Shown in pieces: positions 30,400-40,201 of a stretch of DNA of 64,000 nucleotides. The stretch covers positions 32,001 to 96,000 of the forward strand of contig OZ219787.1 of assembly GCA_964291285.2 (NCBI GenBank), written 5' to 3'. The notes beneath the pieces were generated by a model. That model saw only the letters and a list, made by a program, of their open reading frames with translations. It made no database searches and was not told the origin of the DNA. The DNA is from Alphaproteobacteria bacterium. Its GTDB lineage: Bacteria; Pseudomonadota; Alphaproteobacteria; Bin95. The translations under genes and the position numbers were made by a program. Position 1 is the stretch's first letter. The number at the start of each line of letters is the position of its first letter.

Positions 30400-31145
30400 G
30401 GGCTGCCCATCACCGGCAGCGTTTGGCCGGTGATCCAGCCCGCCCGGTCGGACGCGAGGAACAGCACGGCATGGGCGATGTCCTCCGGCTTCCCGAGCCG
30501 GCGCATGGCGATTCCTTCGATGATTGCCGCCTGCTCTTCCGGGCTGCGCGCTTCCCACTGCCGGACATAGTCGGGCGAAGTCTGGGGCATCAGGCCGGGC
30601 GCCACCGTGTTGACGGTAATTCCGAACGGCCCAAGTTCGGAGGCAAGCTGGCGCGCCAGCCCGATCTGCGCCGTCTTCGCCGTACCATAGGAGTGGATGC
30701 CGGTGCGCGACACGCGCAGGCCCGCCCCGGACGAGATCAACACGATCCGGCCTTCGCCCTTCGCCTTCATGCCGGGTGCGACCGCACGCGCCACATGGAA
30801 GGCGCCGTCGACATTCACCGCCTGAATGGCGCGCCAGTCGGCGTCGGTGACCTCCTCCAGCGGGCCGGCGACCCGGCCACGCACGCCGCCGGCGGTGTGG
30901 ACCGCGATATCGACCGGGCCGATCCGGGCGATGAGCGCATCGACGGCTGCGGAATCGGTGACATCGAGGCCGTGGGCCTCGACCGGTAAACGGGCTGCCG
31001 CGGCGGTCTCCCGGACCAACTCGCTTTCGATATCCGCGACATGTACCTCCGCCCGCTCGTCGGCGAAAGCATGGGTGATGGCGCGGCCGATGCCGCGCGC
31101 CGCACCGGTCACGAGGACACGCTTGCCGGGAAACGAAATCTCCAT
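30396..31145 (-). CDS. SDR family oxidoreductase
   Basis: TGAARGIG, YGTAK. Confidence 0.9.
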   Translation of the reverse strand: MEISFPGKRVLVTGAARGIGRAITHAFADERAEVHVADIESELVRETAAAARLPVEAHGLDVTDSAAVDALIARIGPVDIAVHTAGGVRGRVAGPLEEVTDADWRAIQAVNVDGAFHVARAVAPGMKAKGEGRIVLISSGAGLRVSRTGIHSYGTAKTAQIGLARQLASELGPFGITVNTVAPGLMPQTSPDYVRQWEARSPEEQAAIIEGIAMRRLGKPEDIAHAVLFLASDRAGWITGQTLPVMGSP

Positions 31146-31215
31146 CCGATCAGCCCCGCCTTGCCCTGAGCTGCATTCCTACAGGCTACGCCCGAATTCG
31201 GGTCGTCTATGCTAA

Positions 31216-33229
31216 CCCGACTTCCGCAACTCGGCTTGAGAATCGACTGATTTGACGGTTTTCCGGCGCGAGAAGTGTCGGATTTCGGTGCAGTACCTCT
31301 CGGGACCGGCTTGTAGTGCCGACCTACCCCCTTGATCGGGCTGGCGAAGATCCGGACGCTGCGCTGATGTTCGTGCGCTGCAAGAGACGCTTCAAGGACG
31401 GCAAGGAGCACCGCTACTGGAGCGTTGTGGAGAACGTCCGGGTCCACGGCGGTCGGGTTGTTCAGCGTCAGGTGCTCTATCTCGGGGAGATCAACGACAG
31501 CCAGCGAGCGGCGTGGTGCCGCTCGATCGAGGTGGTGGAGGGCAAGTCGCGATCACGGCAGATGGCGCTGTTTCCCGAGGACCGGGAGGCGCCGGCGCTG
31601 ACTTGCGAAGTGGTGAAGATCGACCTCTCGCAGGTGGCGCTTCACGACCCGCGCCAGTGGGGGGCGTGCTGGCTGGCGCTGTCCTTGTGGGACCGCCTGG
31701 ACCTGGACCGCTTCTGGGAAGAGCGGCTGCCGGCGAGCCGGCAAGGCACGCGGTGGCTGGACATCCTGAAGATCCAGGTCTGCTACCGGCTGATCGACCC
31801 GGGCAGCGAGTGGCGCCTTCACCGTCACTGGTATGAGCACAGCGCGCTTCGCGATCTTCTGGGTGGCGAGCGGGCGATCGCCGACGACACACTCTATCGC
31901 TGTCTCGACAAGCTGCTGGCGCACAAGCAGGGCTTCTTCTCGTTTCTGCGCGACCGCTGGGCGACGCTGTTCGAGGCGCGCTTCGACGTGCTGCTCTACG
32001 ACCTGACCTCGACCTACTTCGAGAGCGATCCGCCGTTCGATGACAAGCGCCGCTTCGGCTACAGCCGGGACAAGCGGCCCGACTGCGTGCAGGTGGTGAT
32101 CGCCCTGATCGTTACGCCGCAGGGCTTTCCGCTGGCCTATGAGGTGATGCCGGGCAACACCTCCGACGACACCACGCTGGCGGCGTTCCTCAAGAAGATC
32201 GAGGATCAGTATGGCCGCTCCGAGCGGGTGTGGATCATGGACCGCGGCATCCCCACCGAGGAGACGCTGGCCGCGATGCGCGAGGGCGAGGCGCCGGTGC
32301 GCTACCTGGTGGGCACGCCCAAGGGCCGGCTGACGCGGCTCGAGAAGGTGTTCCTGGGCCTGCCCTGGCAGGAGGTGCGCCAGTCCGTGACTGTCAAGCT
32401 TCTGGTCGAGGATGGCGAGCTCTACGTCCTGGTGCGCAGCGAGGGGCGGCAGGTGAAGGAACGCGGCATGCGCCGGCGCCGGCTGAAGAGGCTGTGGCGT
32501 CGATTGGCCGAGTTGCAAGGGCAGTCGAACAGCCGGGATCAGTTGTTGCTCAAGCTCGGCGCCGCCAGGAAGGAGGCCGGCCGGGCCTGGAGCCTGGTCG
32601 ACATCACCGTGCCCGGGACCGACAGCGAACTCGCCGCCAACGGCTTCTCATTCCGCCTGCAGCGCGACCGGCTGCGCCAGGTCCGCCGCCGCGAGGGCCG
32701 TTACCTGCTGCGATCCAACATGGTCGCCGAAGACCCCGCCACGCTGTGGCATCTGTACATGCAGCTCGTCGAGATCGAGCAGGCGTTCAAGGAACTCAAG
32801 CACGACCTCGCGATCCGCCCCATCTTCCATCAGCGCCAAGAGCGCATCGAGGCGCATATCTTCGTCTCGTTCATCGCCTACTGCCTGCTGGTGACCCTGA
32901 AGAACCTCGCCCGGCCGCGCGCCCCGGGCCTCACCCCACGCGCCATCCTTGAGGCCTTCGCCACCATCCAGATGGTGGACGTCCATCTGCCAATCACCGA
33001 CGGCCGGCACCTCGTCCTGCCGCGCCACACCCGGCCGAACAAGGAGCACGAGCTACTGCTGCAACAGCTCGGCATGACCTGGCCGCAGCAACCCGCACCC
33101 CGGATCTCCGCCTGACGGCACACGGCGCCGCCTCTCCGTTCGCCGCCTTGTAGTGCCGACCCTCGGGGAGACGATCAAGGCTATTCAATGAGTTAGCATC
33201 CTCATGACCCCCGAGTTGCGGAAGTCGGG
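31216..33229 (+). mobile_element. IS1634-family element, copy 2 (2014 bp)
   Basis: Same TIRs as copy 1; CTAA on both flanks. Confidence 0.9.
31367..33115 (+). CDS. IS1634-family DDE transposase
   Basis: Matches copy 1 except LPTTDG/LPITDG. Confidence 0.9.
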   Translation: MFVRCKRRFKDGKEHRYWSVVENVRVHGGRVVQRQVLYLGEINDSQRAAWCRSIEVVEGKSRSRQMALFPEDREAPALTCEVVKIDLSQVALHDPRQWGACWLALSLWDRLDLDRFWEERLPASRQGTRWLDILKIQVCYRLIDPGSEWRLHRHWYEHSALRDLLGGERAIADDTLYRCLDKLLAHKQGFFSFLRDRWATLFEARFDVLLYDLTSTYFESDPPFDDKRRFGYSRDKRPDCVQVVIALIVTPQGFPLAYEVMPGNTSDDTTLAAFLKKIEDQYGRSERVWIMDRGIPTEETLAAMREGEAPVRYLVGTPKGRLTRLEKVFLGLPWQEVRQSVTVKLLVEDGELYVLVRSEGRQVKERGMRRRRLKRLWRRLAELQGQSNSRDQLLLKLGAARKEAGRAWSLVDITVPGTDSELAANGFSFRLQRDRLRQVRRREGRYLLRSNMVAEDPATLWHLYMQLVEIEQAFKELKHDLAIRPIFHQRQERIEAHIFVSFIAYCLLVTLKNLARPRAPGLTPRAILEAFATIQMVDVHLPITDGRHLVLPRHTRPNKEHELLLQQLGMTWPQQPAPRISA

Positions 33230-33329
33230 CTAACTATTTGAGTTAGCGTTTTTTTCCAGAAATTCACAACTGGGAAACCGGATTGTAACCGCTGGTTCCC
33301 CGGCTGCAACCGGAGCCGGGAGAACCCGC

Positions 33330-33510
33330 ATGCCCGGAACCACCATCACTGAGGACCGCGTCAGGGCGTTCAAACCCGCAAGACAGTCCGCGGGGTCGGG
33401 GACGGCAAGCCTTGGGGCTTCGGAGCACGCGTGTTGCCGTCAAGCTGCAAGCAGCTCTTCATTCGTGCCGGCATCGGGGCGAACGCAGCTGGAAGATTGT
33501 CGCGATCGCC
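33330..33510 (+). pseudogene. Frameshifted remnant of an integrase arm-DNA-binding N-terminus
   Basis: Across frames MPGTTITEDRVRAFKP / DGKPWGFGARVLPSSCKQLFI / HRGERSWKIV aligns with the integrase at 47117. Confidence 0.7.
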
Positions 33511-33619
33511 AACATCGCCAGGATCGTCCACGGCATGGACGTCTTGCCGCACAGCTTCCCCCTGGCGCGGGCTGTGGCCATGCCCTCGCGGGTGCGACCT
33601 CGTTCGGTCGGACGGTGCT

Positions 33620-34381
33620 CTACAGAAAGACCGTGCCACCATCCACCATCAGGGTCTGGCCGGTGACGAGCCTGCTGGCGTCGGAGGCGAGGTAGAGCAC
33701 GGTGCCCACCAGGTCGTCGGTGGTGAGGTTCCTCTGCAGGCTCTGGCCGGCGGCGACCGCCTGCAGCAGCTTGTCCTTCTTGGACCCGAAGAAGTCGTCG
33801 GTGCCCTCGGTCAGCACCGCGCTGGGCGCGATGGCGTTGACTCTGATCCAGTCGCGTCCGAGCTCGCGGGCAAGCGCGCGGGTCATGCCGATGACCGCAG
33901 CCTTCGACGTCGCGTAGTGAAGGCCGAAGGGCATGCCATAGACCGCGGCAAGGGAGGCGATGTTGATGATCGAGCCGCCGCCGGCCTCGCGCATGGCCGG
34001 CACGCACGCCTTGGTGCATTGCCAGACGCCGCGCACGTTGACGGCCATGGTGCGGTCCCACTCGTCCTGCTCGATCCTGTCGAAACGCCCGCCCTGGGTG
34101 TCGCCGTAGAGCGCGGCGTTGTTGACGAGCACGTCGATACGGCCGAACTCGGCGACGGCGTGCCTTGCCATGGCCTCGCAGCTCGCCATGTCGGCGGCGT
34201 CCAGCGCAATGCCGGTGACGCGCCCCTGGGCGGCGGTGACGGATTCCACGGTCTCGGCCGTGTCGCGGATGTCGGCGGCGACCACGGCAGCGCCTTCGCG
34301 CGCCAGCGCTTCGCAATAGGCGCGGCCCAGACCCCGCCCGCCGCCGGTGACGACGGCGACCTTCCCCTCAAGCTGTGACAT
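33620..34381 (-). CDS. SDR family oxidoreductase
   Basis: TGGGRGLG, NNAA, YATSK; own purine-rich SD. Confidence 0.9.
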   Translation of the reverse strand: MSQLEGKVAVVTGGGRGLGRAYCEALAREGAAVVAADIRDTAETVESVTAAQGRVTGIALDAADMASCEAMARHAVAEFGRIDVLVNNAALYGDTQGGRFDRIEQDEWDRTMAVNVRGVWQCTKACVPAMREAGGGSIINIASLAAVYGMPFGLHYATSKAAVIGMTRALARELGRDWIRVNAIAPSAVLTEGTDDFFGSKKDKLLQAVAAGQSLQRNLTTDDLVGTVLYLASDASRLVTGQTLMVDGGTVFL

Positions 34382-34690
34382 CGGCTCTCCCCCCTTCTCT
34401 CGCATGGTTGCGCCGGCCAGGCCCTCGCGCCGCCGGCGAAAGGCCTCCGAATAGGCCACAAGCGGCGTCACGACAAGCCGGCCGGCCTTTCCAATTGGCG
34501 TGCGCCGTCCAAGCTTCGCCAGGCGCCGCCTGAGTTCCCGTTCAAGCCGGCTTCGGCGGAACGGCGTGAGCTTCGGCCATTCTTCGATTTCAGCGTCGGT
34601 CCTGCCGCAGCCCAGGCACCACCCCGTCCCCGGGTCGGAACGGCAGACGTCGATGCATGGGGATCGGGCGCGTCTTGCCGCGCGTTTCAT
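34382..34690 (-). CDS. DUF1289-like Cys-rich domain reading in frame into the SDR
   Basis: SPCIDVC..GWCLGCGRT..EIEEW; no stop before the SDR ATG. Confidence 0.65.
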
Positions 34691-34724
34691 GGCGGAACCT
34701 CGATTGGGCTTCCTGCGTTCGCGC

Positions 34725-35804
34725 TCATGATGGAGCCCGCCAGTCGGAAAGGCTGATTCGACCGACAAAGCCGCTCTCGGTACCGAGTGCCAGATGCTGT
34801 CCATCCGCCGACCATGCGAGCGCGGTCACAGCGCCCTTGCCGGGTTGCCTGACCGGAACCGGATGAGCGCCGTCGATCTTCACGAGCATGGCGGCGCCGT
34901 CCTTGTATCCGGCGGCGACCACGTCATGCCGGGGGTGGGCAGCCACCACCGTCACCACACTCTCGGAGCCCTGCCCGAGGTCGAGCGGCGCCTTGCCCAT
35001 GGGCCCGCCCTTGCCGTGGAATGGCCAACAAACGACGGAGTCCGCGCCACCGGTCGCCAGATACCGTCCCTTCGGCAGCCAGCTCATCGACTTGACCTTC
35101 GTCGGGTAGCCGGACATCCGCATATCGGCGCTGTCGGAGAGGCGCCAGCCGTGGAGTTCATTCTCCTGCATGGCGGTGACGATGTATTTCCCGTCCGGGC
35201 TCCAGGTCAGACCGAGATGCGAGCCCGCCCAGCTGAGTCGTTTGGGTTTCTGTGTGCTGGGCCTCGCCCACCAGAGGCTGATTCCGCCATAATGCGCGGC
35301 GGCGATCCGTCGTCCTTTCGGGTCGAACGCCAGACCGCTGACCGTGTTTGCATGATCGAACTGTCCAACTGCTGTTCCATCTCGAGCGAAAAGGGAAACT
35401 GTCTTGCCGAAAGCCGCAGCGCATAGACCGGATGCCCTGCTGACGACAATCGGCTCGACCCATTGGCCCGCAATGCATGCAATTTCGGTGGTCTCGCCGC
35501 CGGTACCGGTGCTCACCAGCCGTCCGTCATCTCCGCCTGTCAGAACGCGCTGTTCCTCCAAGTCGACGGCCAGCGAAAGACAAGCCCCGTCATGCACGGA
35601 AACGAAGGACGGAGGATTCGTGCTCTCGCTGTCGATGAACGCGACCCGGCCGTCCCCGAGTGCAACCGCGAGCAGTCCCTCCTCAAGAAACGCAATGCCC
35701 ACCACATAAGCGTCGAGCGTCCGCCCGGCGCCGATGCGATCAAGCAGCGTCGTCTCGCCAGCGCCCGGATAGCCGGCGAGAACGGCAGCGGGGATCTGAT
35801 TCAC
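34725..35804 (-). CDS. WD40 beta-propeller with an N-terminal CobW P-loop stub
   Basis: TGGDDG, LAFDPKG, WSPDGKY, WSADG repeats; N-terminus IPAAVLAGYPGAGETTLLDRI. Confidence 0.85.
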   Translation of the reverse strand: MNQIPAAVLAGYPGAGETTLLDRIGAGRTLDAYVVGIAFLEEGLLAVALGDGRVAFIDSESTNPPSFVSVHDGACLSLAVDLEEQRVLTGGDDGRLVSTGTGGETTEIACIAGQWVEPIVVSRASGLCAAAFGKTVSLFARDGTAVGQFDHANTVSGLAFDPKGRRIAAAHYGGISLWWARPSTQKPKRLSWAGSHLGLTWSPDGKYIVTAMQENELHGWRLSDSADMRMSGYPTKVKSMSWLPKGRYLATGGADSVVCWPFHGKGGPMGKAPLDLGQGSESVVTVVAAHPRHDVVAAGYKDGAAMLVKIDGAHPVPVRQPGKGAVTALAWSADGQHLALGTESGFVGRISLSDWRAPS

Positions 35805-35931
35805 GGGTTCCCTGTCCCTCAATTTCTAAAGCCGTTCGGTAGCACTCAGCTGCCTCTACCCGGTTCGTGGATGCTGGCGGGAAGCCCGCACGGCGAGACC
35901 ACCCGCTGGACCGGCGCCGGTGAGAGTATAC

Positions 35932-35948
35932 ATGTTATAATATAACAT
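35932..35948. promoter_or_regulatory. Zur box
   Basis: Perfect palindrome ATGTTATAATATAACAT upstream of the WD40 gene. Confidence 0.85.
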
Positions 35949-36319
35949 AAACAGCTACTAATTGCGAGAGTCAAACGCCCCCTGGAAACCGGGCGCGGCG
36001 GCAGGAGAGGGGGTGACATGCATACAGTTTGCGACAGCCGGACCGACACTTTCGATTTGCCCGCGCTGCCGCGACAGGCGCGATGATCCGCGAATACCGG
36101 ATGTTCCTGTTCACCGAGCCGCGCCTCGTCCTGGCTCCGATCCTGGCCTGCGCGCTCGTTACCGTGCTGCTCCACGGGATACTCGACCGGGGCAGCAGCT
36201 AGCGCGCGATCCGTTCGGGCCGAAACGGTCTCGTTTGCAGAGCCTCGACCGTCACGCCGGCATCCGGCCGCTGCCCGCATTCCGGCCTCGCGCCCGCCGC
36301 CGGGGCAGGAACACCCATC

Positions 36320-36741
36320 GAACATGTCATGAGATGTCATGTTTTGTCATGCGGGCCCGGCAGGACCCCCTGCGATATGTCATGAGATGTCATGTTCTGC
36401 ATGCATGCGGCGCATACCCTGCATCCCGTTCGGGCATGGGCACCGGATATTCCATCCGGTTCCTCCGGCTTCGCGTCTTCGGCATGGGCCTGTCCTTTCG
36501 ACCCGTCTCCGTTCCATTCTTCCCGCCTTCCGGTTGCCGGAGCGGCGGGACCCTGTTTCGCGCGTATCCTGCGCGCGCCTGTGCCGGCGCGGGCGCGTGT
36601 CGGCGTCGGCGCGGTTCGCGCGCCTGATTGCGCGCGCGAGACGCAGGGCGCACCTCTCCTGTGCGTTCCTCAGGGGTTTTTTCGCGCCGGCGCGAACGGC
36701 GAAACGAAGCGGCCCCGCGGATGCCGCTTCCTTCCTCCTGC
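36320..36741 (-). repeat. Dispersed ~420-nt element, copy 2
   Basis: Diverged homolog of 14640-15059. Confidence 0.8.
36390..36485 (-). CDS. Putative 31-aa micropeptide MPKTRSRRNRMEYPVPMPERDAGYAPHACRT
   Basis: SD GAAAGGA; homolog of 14681-14794 with a net 18-nt in-frame length difference. Confidence 0.5.
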   Translation of the reverse strand: MPKTRSRRNRMEYPVPMPERDAGYAPHACRT

Positions 36742-37033
36742 TATCCATAATAACACAGAATCCCTGAGGTCAATCCCCCATCGCAGAATTATTTCCAAAA
36801 AAACAGGAATCGACAGGAATCGAGATGCGGCTTCATTGCGCGCTTCAGTCTGCATAGCTCGAATGGCAAGGCCGGGAACTGGACCCCGGACCGTCCCGGA
36901 CCGGGCCCCGGGGAAAGCTGCCGGCGCGCCGTCCCCGGAACCTCAATCACCGCTCCGTCCCCCGCCTGTCCGCGAGCGGGGGGCCGGGGCGTGCGGATTT
37001 CCGGTACGGAGAGAATGGGTGCCGCCAAGAGCA

Positions 37034-38230
37034 TCAAGCGGCGATTGCCGGGTCGGGACTCGTTTCGTTCCGTTGGCCGTGTGCGGCGCGGCGCAGGTCG
37101 GCGGCGAGCTTGGCGAGAAAGGCGGCGGCGGCCATGACGAGGCTGATATGGCGGTGCCAGCCATGCCAGGAGCGGGCCTCGCAATGATCGAGGCCGAGAT
37201 CCTCCTTCGCCCTCTGGAGGCATTCCTCGATGGTCCATCGCAGACCGGCGGCACCGGCGAGTTCGGCGAGCGTCGTGCCGGCTCGGCAGAAGACGAGATA
37301 GTAGGCCCGCTTGTCGGGGTCGCGGCGGGAGCGTCGGATCAGAAGCCAGCGCTCCCGGCCATCTTCGCGGCGCCGGGCCAGCGCGACCCGTGCCCAGTCG
37401 TAGAGCCTCGGGCCCTTGCTGCCCTCGCCGGAGGCATGCGCGGCCCAAGCCCCGTCTTCCAGTTCGTCGGCGATTGTCGCGGGATCGGTCTGGATCAACC
37501 CCTCGGCGGCGACGAAGCGCAAAGAGTGGTCGCCGCACACCGCCAGCACGTAGCTCTGTTCCCGCCCTTCCAGCATGCGCCGCAGGCCGGAGTCCGATCC
37601 ATAGACCGCATCGGCCAGAACGAAGGCGCAGGGAACGCCGGCGTCGAGAGCTTCGCCGATCATCGCGCTAGCCAGCACGGGCTTGGTGGCGAAGGCGACC
37701 TCTTCCGGCACCTGCGTCTTCGTGCGCCGCGCGCGGTCCTCCGCCCACTCGCGCGGCAGATACAGACGGCGGTCGATCAATGCCTGGCCGAAGCGGCCCG
37801 CATAGGCGAGGAACACGCCGACCTGGCTGTTCTCCACGCGGCCCGCGGTCCCCGCATATTGGCGCGCGACGCCGACCGAGTGACGGCCCTTCTTCACGAA
37901 GCCGGTCTCGTCGACCACCAGAACCCCGTCCGGACAGCCCAGCGCCTCGACCGCATAGGTGCGGACCTCGTCCCGCAGCGCATCGGCATCCCAGCGGCTC
38001 TTGCCCAGAAGCGCCTGCATCCGCCACGGGCCCGGCAGACCCGCCTGCTCCGCCATCATCCAGCCCGTCTTGCGCTCGATCCCCGACAGAAGGCCGTCGA
38101 GAAACGCCCCTCCCGTCTCACGAAGCTGACGACGCCTGAACACCGGACCCAGACGGGCCTTCCACGAGCAAAGCTCCCGCTCCCACTCCACAAGCGAACC
38201 GGACCATTCCGCAACGCTCATTCCGTCCAT
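37034..38230 (-). CDS. IS701-family transposase
   Basis: VVDETGFVKKGRHSVGVARQYAG, NSQVGV, ADAVYG, RWTIEE..GLDHCEAR; element ends not identified. Confidence 0.9.
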   Translation of the reverse strand: MDGMSVAEWSGSLVEWERELCSWKARLGPVFRRRQLRETGGAFLDGLLSGIERKTGWMMAEQAGLPGPWRMQALLGKSRWDADALRDEVRTYAVEALGCPDGVLVVDETGFVKKGRHSVGVARQYAGTAGRVENSQVGVFLAYAGRFGQALIDRRLYLPREWAEDRARRTKTQVPEEVAFATKPVLASAMIGEALDAGVPCAFVLADAVYGSDSGLRRMLEGREQSYVLAVCGDHSLRFVAAEGLIQTDPATIADELEDGAWAAHASGEGSKGPRLYDWARVALARRREDGRERWLLIRRSRRDPDKRAYYLVFCRAGTTLAELAGAAGLRWTIEECLQRAKEDLGLDHCEARSWHGWHRHISLVMAAAAFLAKLAADLRRAAHGQRNETSPDPAIAA

Positions 38231-38317
38231 CCTCCGAAAGCGAAAGGCGGAACTACCCTTCCCAAAAGGAAACGGGGCGCTCCGCTTCGCGTTCGTCGTT
38301 CGTGCTCTCGCGCCGGG

Positions 38318-39322
38318 TTACGGCGACAGCGCTTTCGTAAGCGTCTCGACATTGTGGCGCATCATGTCGAGATAGGTGGACGCCGGCTCGTCCGGCCCGG
38401 AAAGCGCATCGGAGTACAGCGTCCCGCCGATGGACGCGCCGGTTTCGTCGGCGATCTGCTCAAGCAGGCGGCTGTCCGTGATCGACTCGACGAAGACGGC
38501 CGTGATTCCTTCTTCACGGATCTGCCGGATCAGGGTGGCGACATCCCCGGCGGACGGTTCGCTTTCGGTGCTTATGCCACTGGGGGCAACAAACCGCAGG
38601 CCGTAGGTCTCGGCAAAATACCCGAAGGCGTCATGGGGGGTGACGATCGTGCGCCTGTCCTCGGGCAGCCCTCCGACAGCCTTGCGGATGTCGGCATCCA
38701 GCGCCTCTATTTCAGCCACATAGGCCGCACGGTTCCCGTAATAGGTCGATGCGTTGGCAGGGTCGGCCTTGGACAGCGCCGCAGCGATGTTGTCGACATA
38801 GATCACTGCATTGGCGGGGTTCTGCCAGGCATGCGGGTCGAAGGCGCCGTGGTCGTGCTCGTCCGCGTGCTCCTCCTTGTCGTGGTCGTCCTTGGCCGCG
38901 TGGTCGTGGTCATCCTTGTCGTGGTCGTCCTTTTCGGCGTGGTCGTCATGGTGGTCGTCGTCATCCTCAAGCCTGATTGCCTGGATCCCGTCGGTCGCCA
39001 CCACGCGGACGCCGCCAAAGCCCGACGCCTCGACCAGCCGGTCCAGCCAGCCTTCGAACGCAAGACCGTTGAACACGAGGATATCGGCCTGACTCACGGC
39101 GCGCGCATCGGCCGGGGTCGGGTTATAGACATGGGCATCGCCGTTGGCCCCGACCAGCGTGGTGACGGCAATCCTGTCGCCGCCGATGCGCTTGACCATG
39201 TCTCCCAGTATCGAAAAGGTGGCGACCACCGGGATGGGAGCGTCGGCGGACCATGCCGGCGCCGTCATCGACAGGCCGATGAGGGCGGTTGCGGATATCA
39301 GCAGGTTTCTGCGCCTGGTCAC
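38318..39322 (-). CDS. Zinc ABC substrate-binding protein (ZnuA/AztC-like) with His/Asp-rich loop
   Basis: DAHVYNPT, HHDDHAEKDDHDKDDHDH.., DPHAWQ, HDAFGYF, LYSDAL. Confidence 0.9.
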   Translation of the reverse strand: MTRRRNLLISATALIGLSMTAPAWSADAPIPVVATFSILGDMVKRIGGDRIAVTTLVGANGDAHVYNPTPADARAVSQADILVFNGLAFEGWLDRLVEASGFGGVRVVATDGIQAIRLEDDDDHHDDHAEKDDHDKDDHDHAAKDDHDKEEHADEHDHGAFDPHAWQNPANAVIYVDNIAAALSKADPANASTYYGNRAAYVAEIEALDADIRKAVGGLPEDRRTIVTPHDAFGYFAETYGLRFVAPSGISTESEPSAGDVATLIRQIREEGITAVFVESITDSRLLEQIADETGASIGGTLYSDALSGPDEPASTYLDMMRHNVETLTKALSP

Positions 39323-39334
39323 TGTAGCGTCCTT

Positions 39335-40201
39335 TCAGGCATTGACACGATGGCGAAAGAGTGGCGCGGCAAGGCTGCCCACCGGCCCGAGCATCAGCGA
39401 CACCCCGTAGACGATGCCTGCCACGAGGATGATCGCCGGCCCTGATGGAAGTCCGAAATGGTAGGAGACGAGGAGACCGCAGAAGCTCGAAGCGATGGCG
39501 ATTGCGACTGCGGCGAGGATCAGCCCGCCGATGCTCACCGCCCAGAAGCGCGCAGCTGCGGCCGGAAGGATCATGATGCCGACGGCCATCAACGTGCCGA
39601 GCGCATGAAAGCCGCCGACAAGGTTCATGACGACGAGCGCGAGGAAGGTGAAATGAGTGATTGTGCTCAGCCCGCTCACCGAGCGCAGGAACTGCGGGTC
39701 CGCGCATTCGAGAACCAGCGGGCGGAAGATGAACGCGAGCGCAAACAGTGTGATGCTCGCGATGCTGCACAGCAGGATCAGAGCCGCGTTGTCGAGCGCG
39801 AGCACGGTGCCGAACAGCACATGCATGAGATCGACATTGCTGCCGCGGGTGGACACGATCAGCACGCCGAGCGCCAGCGAGATCAGGTAGAAGGCGGCGA
39901 GGCTCGCATCCTCGCGCAGAACCGTGACACGGGCGACGAAGCCCGAAAGCAGCGCCACGGCCATGCCGGCGATCAGACCGCCTACCGTCATGGCCCCGAG
40001 CGAGAGCCCGGCGACGAGGAAGCCGACCGCGGCGCCGGGCAGGATCGCGTGCGCCATTGCATCGCCGGTCAGGCTCATCCGGCGCAACAGCAGAAAGACG
40101 CCCACAGGCGTCCCGCCCACCGAAATCGCGATACAGCCCATCATGGCCCGGCGCATGAAGCTGAATTCGGCGAATGGCTGAATCAGGGCCTCCCACATCA
40201 T
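39335..40201 (-). CDS. Zinc ABC permease (ZnuB/AztB-like)
   Basis: RRMSLTGDAMAHAILPG, DLMHVLFG, PSGPAII. Confidence 0.9.
   Translation of the reverse strand: MMWEALIQPFAEFSFMRRAMMGCIAISVGGTPVGVFLLLRRMSLTGDAMAHAILPGAAVGFLVAGLSLGAMTVGGLIAGMAVALLSGFVARVTVLREDASLAAFYLISLALGVLIVSTRGSNVDLMHVLFGTVLALDNAALILLCSIASITLFALAFIFRPLVLECADPQFLRSVSGLSTITHFTFLALVVMNLVGGFHALGTLMAVGIMILPAAAARFWAVSIGGLILAAVAIAIASSFCGLLVSYHFGLPSGPAIILVAGIVYGVSLMLGPVGSLAAPLFRHRVNA

Noticed and set aside
15064-33229. Composite transposon bounded by the inverted IS1634 pair
   Set aside because: Each copy has its own target duplication (CTAG vs CTAA), indicating independent insertions.
36018-36202. Two tiny ORFs divergent from the 35932 Zur box
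   Set aside because: MIREYRMFLFTEPRLVLAP resembles a decayed DppC C-terminus; likely debris.
38860-38965. Tandem gtggtcgtc repeats
   Set aside because: They encode the His/Asp loop of the zinc-binding protein; not a CRISPR or other array.
36392-39445. Long ORFs such as 1017 aa here, 833 aa at 12018-14519 and 1140 aa at 60102-63524
   Set aside because: Antisense shadows of real genes in high-GC DNA; no motifs.
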